Under the pieces are notes generated by a model. That model was not told the origin of the DNA. It was given only the letters and a program-made list of their open reading frames with translations, and searched no databases. From the IMG/VR virus record IMGVR_UViG_3300045391_000521: a stretch of DNA of 38,307 nucleotides; one strand, given 5' to 3'. Position numbers and translations under genes: made by a program. Below are positions 32,228 to 38,307 of this stretch, piece after piece (position 1 is the first letter of the stretch; every line of letters begins with the position of its first letter). This DNA comes from a virus.

Positions 32228-33633
32228 CCTACCCGGCAGAACATCCTGAACAATCCGTGCTGGGAAGCCTGCTGTCCAACCCAAACGCGTTTGACAACAT
32301 TGGGAACATCATCAGCGCTACAGACTTCTACCGGCTGGACCATCGGCTGATCTTCGGCGCACTGATGTGGATGCTGGAGCAGGGAAAAAGCGCGGACATC
32401 GATGCAACTACTATCGCCGACCGGCTGAGCAGCCTGAACCAGTTGGACGAATGCGGCGGAATTTCCTACCTGACGCAGCTGCAATTGGCGAACCCGTCGG
32501 CAGCCAGAATACGTGGCTACGCTGAGATCGTGCGCAAGCATAGCCTGGAGCGACAGCTACTCAACGCCGCCGCAATGATCGACGAGGTGGTGGGAAGCGA
32601 AAAGACCATCGACGAGAAGATCGCCGACGCACAAGCCCTGTTCATGGCGATTGCTGATGCCAAGGCTTCCGCGCTTGAGCCGGTGGATATGCGCACCGCT
32701 CTGACCGAGGTGGTGACAGAGATCCAGAGGCGTTATGTTGCGGGGGGGAATCTGGCTGGCCTTTCATGTGGCTTCGATGATGTGGACAAGATCATGGGTG
32801 GTCTCAAAGCAGGAAACCTCATTGTCGTCCCTGGCCGTCCGGCAATGGGAAAAACCACCTGGGCGACGAACATCGCTGTGCATGTGGCACATGAGCGCCC
32901 GGTACTGCTGGTGAGCTTGGAAATGTCGCGGGATGAGCTGGCTATGCGCATGCTAGCTGCGATTCGCAAGGTAACCTTGGACGAAATGCAAGTGCCCAGG
33001 CAGCTTGACTACCGTCCTGGCGAAGAAGGATGGGAAGGGCTAACGGCAAGTGCCGCCATGCTCACTGACAAAAAAATCTTCATCGACGAATACAGCAACA
33101 CAGTTGCTAGGGTCGCTGCGAACGCACGCCGCATCAAACGGACACAGGGCGATCTTGGTTTGATCGTGATCGATTATCTGGGGCTGATGGACGGCACTGG
33201 CGAAAACAAGGTGCAGGAAATCGCCAGCATCACCAAGGGACTCAAGCGACTGTCCAAGGAAATGGGCATCCCCGTCATTGTGCTGGCTCAGCTGAATCGA
33301 CAAGTCGAGAACCGTCCGAACAAGCGCCCGCTGATGTCTGATCTGCGCGACTCTGGCGCCATCGAGCAGGACGCTGATGTGATCGTCACCCCGTTTCGGG
33401 ATCACTACTACACCGGCAACCCGGAAACGGAAGGTATGGCGGAGATCATCGTCATGAAGAACCGCATGGGGATGACCGGTACAGCACTCGCTGTGTTTGA
33501 CGGCAGGCATGGATGCTTCATCCCTGCCTGCGAATCTGCGGCAGCCAAGTACCACCGTGCGATGTCGGAAAACAACACGCCAGCACCAGCGCCAAAGAAG
33601 ACCGCCAATACCGGATTCCACTTGCCTGCTTGA
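32224..33633 (+). CDS. dnaB: Replicative DNA helicase DnaB (469 aa)
   Basis: ATGA overlap start at 32224. N-terminal PEQSVLGSLL, Walker A GRPAMGKT, and LSRDELAMRM, LAQLNR, DLRDSGAIEQDADV motifs. Confidence 0.9.
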   Translation: MTYPAEHPEQSVLGSLLSNPNAFDNIGNIISATDFYRLDHRLIFGALMWMLEQGKSADIDATTIADRLSSLNQLDECGGISYLTQLQLANPSAARIRGYAEIVRKHSLERQLLNAAAMIDEVVGSEKTIDEKIADAQALFMAIADAKASALEPVDMRTALTEVVTEIQRRYVAGGNLAGLSCGFDDVDKIMGGLKAGNLIVVPGRPAMGKTTWATNIAVHVAHERPVLLVSLEMSRDELAMRMLAAIRKVTLDEMQVPRQLDYRPGEEGWEGLTASAAMLTDKKIFIDEYSNTVARVAANARRIKRTQGDLGLIVIDYLGLMDGTGENKVQEIASITKGLKRLSKEMGIPVIVLAQLNRQVENRPNKRPLMSDLRDSGAIEQDADVIVTPFRDHYYTGNPETEGMAEIIVMKNRMGMTGTALAVFDGRHGCFIPACESAAAKYHRAMSENNTPAPAPKKTANTGFHLPA

Positions 33634-33643
33634 GGAGACCGCC

Positions 33644-33802
33644 ATGCTGCCCATGTCAACCAAACTCATCCTGCTGATCCTGGCCATCCTGCTGTTGCCG
33701 GTGGCGATCTGCATCCTGGCCGTACGGCTGATCAACCCGCAGCTGTTCGACCACAAGGGCGAAGAAGACATCAAGGACGATGATTGGTGGGGGGGCATGT
33801 GA
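33644..33802 (+). CDS. Small membrane protein (52 aa)
   Basis: SD gaggag. TM segment LILLILAILLLPVAICILAV. Acidic, Trp-rich tail. Confidence 0.45.
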   Translation: MLPMSTKLILLILAILLLPVAICILAVRLINPQLFDHKGEEDIKDDDWWGGM

Positions 33803-34134
33803 TGGCTAAGGAACTATCGCTCCGCCCTTATCACGGGCGCCTTTTCCTGACGAAGGCGCCAGAGGATTACGAGCGCTCGCACATCAAGCTGTTCAAGACG
33901 CCTGACGTGCTGAATTGCGCGCAGGCCGGGCGATTTTCTGGCGGAGAAGGTAACGACGGAATGTGGACGTACTTGGTATATGCGGATGCAACGCATACCT
34001 TGGCCCATGAGCTTTCCCATGTCGTGCTTCATGTTTTCGACCGGTGCGGCATCGATCCGAGAGAAGCTGGCGGCGAGCCGTTTTGCTATTTGCTGTCACA
34101 GTTGATGCTTGATGCGGGGCCGATCCATGACTGA
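33802..34134 (+). CDS. Small HExxH-motif protein (110 aa), possible minimal zinc metallopeptidase
   Basis: TGATG overlap start. Motif THTLAHELSHVVLH. Confidence 0.45.
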   Translation: MAKELSLRPYHGRLFLTKAPEDYERSHIKLFKTPDVLNCAQAGRFSGGEGNDGMWTYLVYADATHTLAHELSHVVLHVFDRCGIDPREAGGEPFCYLLSQLMLDAGPIHD

Positions 34135-34300
34135 CACCGAGCGCCGGCGCTGGGAGTTCGCTCAGGCCACCTATCAGTGCCTGATGCTCAACGATGCGCT
34201 GAAGCAGCTATGGCAGGAGTTCATGCGCAAGGTGCTGGACACCAGCATTTGGGATCGGGCGGACGAGTGGCGGGATATTGACGGGTGGCCGCTGATCTGA
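34127..34300 (+). CDS. Hypothetical protein (57 aa)
   Basis: ATG at 34127 overlaps the upstream gene by 8 nt. Trp-rich. Confidence 0.45.
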   Translation: MTDTERRRWEFAQATYQCLMLNDALKQLWQEFMRKVLDTSIWDRADEWRDIDGWPLI

Positions 34301-34358
34301 TCCGCTTGATAGCGGGCTCTTGCGTGTTAACATTCGGCGAAATCTGATGGGGCTCGAT

Positions 34359-34835
34359 ATGAGCGCATATGACCAATTGCAAAAGCGACAGCAACGATTC
34401 GTCGATGAATACTTGATCGACCTGAACGGTACGCAGGCCGCTATTCGAACTGGCTACGCAGAAAGATCGGCATTTGTCCAGGCCTCTCGTCTGCTAAGTG
34501 ATGCTAAGATTCAGGCTGCGGTGGCTGAAAAGAAGGAAATCAGGGCGCAAAGGATGGGGCTTGACCAAGATTTCGTGCTCAGCGGCATTCAGAAGCTGAT
34601 TACCCGCTGCGAGCAGGCGGAGCCCGTATTGGACCGTGAAGGCAATCCAACAGGCGAATATCGTTTCGATGCTAGCTCGGCGCTCAAGGGTTACGAGCTG
34701 CTTGGCAAGCATCTGGGAATCTGGCGTGACAAGGTCGAACTCAGTGGCAAGGATGGCGGCCCAATTCAGACGGCGGTCCGTCTTGAGTTTGTGGAGGCGC
34801 CTGTGCGATCTGAGGATGGAGAGGAAAATGGCTGA
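34359..34835 (+). CDS. Terminase small subunit (Terminase_2-like, about 158 aa, alternative start 34347)
   Basis: QRFVDEYLIDLNGTQAAIRTGYAERSAFVQASRLLSDAKIQAAV is the classic TerS N-terminal HTH region. Confidence 0.8.
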   Translation: MSAYDQLQKRQQRFVDEYLIDLNGTQAAIRTGYAERSAFVQASRLLSDAKIQAAVAEKKEIRAQRMGLDQDFVLSGIQKLITRCEQAEPVLDREGNPTGEYRFDASSALKGYELLGKHLGIWRDKVELSGKDGGPIQTAVRLEFVEAPVRSEDGEENG

Positions 34836-35013
34836 CACACGGTACTGCATCGACTGCGCGCATTTCAAGTTGCCGCATGGGCCGACGGACATGCCGGTCT
34901 GCGAACATGAGAGCGCTGCGACGATTCCGGATCAGAGTGCGGTGGCGAATCGTCAGGAAGGCTCGGAGTGTGGGCCGGATGGCGTTTATTGGATGAGGAA
35001 GGAAAATGTCTAA
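34828..35013 (+). CDS. Hypothetical Cys-containing small protein (61 aa)
   Basis: ATG with SD ggagagg, overlapping the terS stop. Reads MADTRYCIDCAHFKLPHG... Confidence 0.45.
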   Translation: MADTRYCIDCAHFKLPHGPTDMPVCEHESAATIPDQSAVANRQEGSECGPDGVYWMRKENV

Positions 35014-35206
35014 GCTCACCGCAAAGGCTCGCAAGAAACTGCCTGATTCCGCATTTGCCGGTCCTGGGCGCAGCTACCCGATTCCGGATAAATCCCATGC
35101 CGCGAACGCGAAAGCACGCGCTACGCAGATGGTCGAGAAAGGGCTGCTGTCACCGGCTGCTGCCTCTCAGATCAAGGCGGAGGCCAACAAGGCCCTCAAG
35201 AAGTGA
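35006..35206 (+). CDS. Conserved small phage protein (66 aa)
   Basis: The motif LPDSAFAGPGRSYPIPDKSHAANAKARA is one I recognise as widespread in phage genomes. Function unknown. Confidence 0.55.
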   Translation: MSKLTAKARKKLPDSAFAGPGRSYPIPDKSHAANAKARATQMVEKGLLSPAAASQIKAEANKALKK

Positions 35207-36465
35207 CGAAGGCGCAGTTCCCGGCAAAGCTGCGGTTCCTGTTCGATCCGCACCGCTACAAGGTCGCTTACGGCGGCCGTGGATCGGGCAAGAGCTGGGG
35301 ATTTGCGCGTGCACTGGTGCTGCGGATGGCGAGTAGTCCGCAGCCTCTGCGCGTTCTGTGTGCCCGTGAGGTGCAAGACTCGATCCGAGATAGTGTGCAT
35401 AGACTGCTTGCCGACCAGATCAGCGCGCTTGGTCTTGGTAGCATCTTCGAAGTCCAAGAGAAGCAGATCAAGGGGCCGTACGGGTCCCTTTTCCTTTTTG
35501 CCGGCCTGCAACAGCATACGGTCGAGAGTATCAAATCGTTCGAGGGTGTAGACGTCGTTTGGGTTGAAGAGGCGGCGAACGTCTCCAAGCGCTCATGGGA
35601 TGTGTTGATCCCGACTATTCGCAAGCCAGGATCAGAAATCTGGATCAGCTTCAACCCTGACCTTGATACCGACGAGACCTACCAGCGTTTTGTCGTGTCT
35701 CCACCGCCGGACTGCGTATCCGTCCAGATGAACTACATGGACAATCCGTGGTTCCCGTCCGAGCTGGAGGAGGAGCGAAAACATTGCGCCAGAACCAGGC
35801 CGACCGACTACGCCAATATCTGGCTTGGCCGCTGCCGTGGTGCAGTAGATGGCGCGATCTACACCGACGAGGTCAATGAGCTAGTCGAATCAGGACGATT
35901 CGGATTTGTCCCTTATGAGCCAACTCTGAAGGTACACGTGGTAGTTGACCTGGGCTGGAACGATGCCATGGCAGTTGGGCTCTTTCAGCGCGTCGGGTCC
36001 GAGATGCGCACCATCGAGTACTTTGAGGCTCAGCGTCAGCGCATCGACCAAATTTCTGCCGATCTGCGCGAGCGACGCTATAACTGGGGTCGTATGTTCC
36101 TTCCGCACGATGCAGAGCATGGCGATGCGGTACGGGGCTACGAGACCGCTAAAACGGTCATGGAGTCCCTTGGCTGGGAAGTGATAATCACCCCGAGTAT
36201 CTCTGTCGAGGAAGGCATCCTCATGGGTCGGGCGATGTTCGCCAGGTCACGCATTGACCGCGACAAGGCGGGGCAGATTGTGGAGCGGATGCGGCGTTAC
36301 CGGCGGCATATCAACAAGGCCACTGGCTCGCGAGGAGCCCCGCTGCATGACGACAACTCCCACGGTGCAGACGTCTGGCGATACGCCGCCATCAACGCGA
36401 ACGAGATGGTCAACGACGATTGGGGCACAAAAAGTTTGCCGTATAAGCGTTTGGGTGCGGCATGA
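35203..36465 (+). CDS. Terminase large subunit (PBSX/Terminase_3-like, 420 aa)
   Basis: Walker A YGGRGSGKSW. Walker B-like VVWVEEA. C-terminal nuclease region with conserved Asp residues. GTGA overlap start. Confidence 0.9.
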   Translation: MTKAQFPAKLRFLFDPHRYKVAYGGRGSGKSWGFARALVLRMASSPQPLRVLCAREVQDSIRDSVHRLLADQISALGLGSIFEVQEKQIKGPYGSLFLFAGLQQHTVESIKSFEGVDVVWVEEAANVSKRSWDVLIPTIRKPGSEIWISFNPDLDTDETYQRFVVSPPPDCVSVQMNYMDNPWFPSELEEERKHCARTRPTDYANIWLGRCRGAVDGAIYTDEVNELVESGRFGFVPYEPTLKVHVVVDLGWNDAMAVGLFQRVGSEMRTIEYFEAQRQRIDQISADLRERRYNWGRMFLPHDAEHGDAVRGYETAKTVMESLGWEVIITPSISVEEGILMGRAMFARSRIDRDKAGQIVERMRRYRRHINKATGSRGAPLHDDNSHGADVWRYAAINANEMVNDDWGTKSLPYKRLGAA

Positions 36466-36524
36466 GTTGATATTGTCGAGCTTGTTGGAGTAGCATGCGC
36501 GGAATTGCATAAGGAACGCGCAGC

Positions 36525-38307
36525 ATGTCGCCTCTCGGGAATAATCGGTCTCCCATGACCGAAGATGAGCTTAGAGCGCTGACGGACTCCGAAATCTACA
36601 ACGCTCGCGGCTTCACTGACGTCGTCGCTTCTATGCGACGCGAGGCGCTGGAATTCTACTTCGGTGACCCGGTTGGTCGCCTTGCCCCCCCCGAAATCGA
36701 AGGTCGCTCCACAGTTGTTTCCACCGACGTTCAAGACACCATCGAATGGATGTTGCCATCGCTGCTGAAGATCTTCACGGCCGGCGACGATGTGGTTGAG
36801 TTCACGCCGAACGGCCCGGAAGACGAAGCCGGCGCCCGCCAGGCAACCGAGTACATCAACTACCTGTTCCGCAATCATCCTGACTCGTTCAATCTGCTGT
36901 ATTCCTGGATCAAAGACGGCCTGCTGGAGAAGCTCGGCATTGCCATGGTGTATTGGGACAGTACGCCCATCGAGCAGAATGAGACCTATCAAGGCCTATC
37001 TGACGCACAGATGACCATGCTGCTGTCTGATCCGGATGTGCGCCCGATTGCGCACGCGGTCCGCTACGTTGAGCAGCAGACAGAAATGCCAGGGATGGCA
37101 CCGGTTGACTCAGCTCAGCCAGCAGAGCATGACGTGACCATCCTGCGCACCACCAGCCGTGGGCGCCTCTGCTACGCCAGCATCGCGCCGGATGACTTCC
37201 TGTTGTCCCCTGCCGCCACTAGCATCAATGAGCCTGATTTGCCGTTCTGTGGGCACAAGGTGCGCAAATCCATCTCCGATCTGCGCAAAGCCGGCTATGA
37301 GAACGTCGATGAACTGGTCTCCGACATGGAGACGATGGGCTGGACGGATGATGCGCGCTATCGTTATGCGGATAGCCGCTACGAGCAGGAAATATACGAA
37401 CCAGCCGATCCGAATGCTCGGCTTGTCTGGTTGACCGAATGCTACATCCGCTGCGATTACGACGGAGATGGCATCGCCGAGTTGCGCCGTGTCCTGCGGG
37501 CCGGAAATCACATCCTGGAAAACATCGAGGTAGACGACCACCCGTATTCGACGTTCTGCCCGGTCCCGATTACTCACCGTGTCATTGGCCTGTCCGTCGC
37601 TGACCTCGCCATCGAAAGCCAGCGTATCAAGACCGCTGTGCAGCGCGCTGTCTTGGATAACTTCTGGCTGTCGGTCAACAAGCGGATGGGCGTCCTAGAT
37701 GGGCAAGTCAACCTCGATGATGTGCTGGATTCCCGCCCCGGCGGCGTGATCCGCATGAAGAGCCTGAATGCACTGATGCCGATTGAGCAGTCCGGTATTG
37801 GTGGCGACGCCATGGGGCTGCTGGAGTACTTGGAGAGCCAGAAGGAAAATCGCACCGGCTTCACCCGCTATTCACAGGGCGTTGGTGCGGACAGCCTGAA
37901 CAAGACCGCGACCGGCATCAACGTCATCACCAACCGCTCAGACCAGCGCGTCGAGCTGATTGCACGACTGTTCGCCGAGTCGATGAAGCTGCTGTTCCGC
38001 AAGACGCTTGCGCTGATCATCAAACACCAAGATCGCAAGGCCGTTTATCGGCTGCGCAACCAATGGATCGAAGTTGACCCGTCCGAGTGGCGCAACAACT
38101 ATGACATGGAAGTATCGGTAGGCCTCGGCACAGGCAACAAGGACCAGCAGGTCCAGCACCTGATGATGCTGATCCAACAAATGCAGCAGATGCTTCCACT
38201 GGGCATCACTGACCCGCAGAAGATCGCTAATGCGGCCAGCAAGCTGACCCAGGCGCTGGGCTTCAAATCGCCTGAGCAGTTCTTCTCCGAGCCTGACCCC
38301 AATGCAC
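36525..38307 (+). CDS. Portal protein, N-terminal and central part (open at the window end, continues at 70..401)
   Basis: ATG at 36525. No stop before the window end. Motif STDVQDTIEWMLPSLLKIF is typical of podovirus head-tail connector/portal proteins. Follows terL. Confidence 0.85.
   Translation, partial: MSPLGNNRSPMTEDELRALTDSEIYNARGFTDVVASMRREALEFYFGDPVGRLAPPEIEGRSTVVSTDVQDTIEWMLPSLLKIFTAGDDVVEFTPNGPEDEAGARQATEYINYLFRNHPDSFNLLYSWIKDGLLEKLGIAMVYWDSTPIEQNETYQGLSDAQMTMLLSDPDVRPIAHAVRYVEQQTEMPGMAPVDSAQPAEHDVTILRTTSRGRLCYASIAPDDFLLSPAATSINEPDLPFCGHKVRKSISDLRKAGYENVDELVSDMETMGWTDDARYRYADSRYEQEIYEPADPNARLVWLTECYIRCDYDGDGIAELRRVLRAGNHILENIEVDDHPYSTFCPVPITHRVIGLSVADLAIESQRIKTAVQRAVLDNFWLSVNKRMGVLDGQVNLDDVLDSRPGGVIRMKSLNALMPIEQSGIGGDAMGLLEYLESQKENRTGFTRYSQGVGADSLNKTATGINVITNRSDQRVELIARLFAESMKLLFRKTLALIIKHQDRKAVYRLRNQWIEVDPSEWRNNYDMEVSVGLGTGNKDQQVQHLMMLIQQMQQMLPLGITDPQKIANAASKLTQALGFKSPEQFFSEPDPNA
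38239..38307. repeat. Terminal overlap copy 2, identical to 1-69
   Basis: Same 69-nt string as the window start. It lies inside the portal reading frame. Confidence 0.95.

Noticed and set aside
816-36992. Long ORF-track entries antisense to, or out of frame with, strong genes: 816..1814 -, 1887..2636 -, 4610..5473 -, 4887..5531 +, 10653..11456 -, 15037..15609 -, 21257..22339 +, 23726..24310 +, 33040..33798 -, 36297..36992 -
   Set aside because: They overlap genes with clear motifs and SD or coupled starts. Their translations are Arg/Pro/Gly/Ala/Cys-rich with no motifs, which is typical of shadow ORFs in GC-rich DNA.

Overview
The window is a complete, circularly closed genome of a tailed dsDNA phage. 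Bases 1-69 are identical to 38239-38307, so the unique length is 38,238 bp, and the portal gene reads across that junction. There is no tape measure, tail tube or sheath gene, and three large glycine/glutamine-rich internal proteins follow the head genes, so the virion looks podovirus-like. Lipobox and lysis genes suggest a Gram-negative host. There are three transcription blocks. (1) A late + strand block runs from portal 36525 through the junction to 16349: portal, scaffold, major capsid, adaptor, internal/ejection proteins, tail fibre, holin-like proteins, a lectin-like fibre protein, an M15 endolysin and a lipoprotein. (2) An early-left - strand block runs from 26599 down to 16408: a Cro-like HTH, about 30 small orphan genes, a Lar-like protein, DUF1566-like and NinX-like proteins, then a tRNA and an intrinsic terminator. 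(3) An early-right + strand block runs from 26729 to 36465: an Ea22-like protein, an AAA ATPase, RusA, a DUF1376 replication protein, DnaB, TerS and TerL. Blocks 2 and 3 diverge from back-to-back sigma70-like promoters whose -35 boxes form a 7-5-7 palindrome (26654-26672). I found no integrase, CI-type repressor, reverse transcriptase or CRISPR array. Four observations stand out. (a) A 0.69 kb ORF-free, helix-dense locus (16481-17167) lies beside an atypical tRNA-Pro(UGG) where the late and early-left operons converge, and may be a large structured RNA. (b) Two near-identical paralogous genes in inverted orientation (22772-23470 - and 27205-27807 +, sharing a 372 bp inverted repeat with 2 mismatches) bracket the control region. 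Each carries a different-length 9/12-nt repeat array encoding Ala/Trp/Asp/Arg tracts. (c) One copy is flanked by 17 bp direct repeats, like an inserted cassette. (d) A recurring 20-33 nt gene-junction module (coding ...MKGKQK*, with the SD and ATG of the next gene) sits at five consecutive early-gene boundaries. All functional calls come from motif recognition by eye. No searches or folding programs were run.
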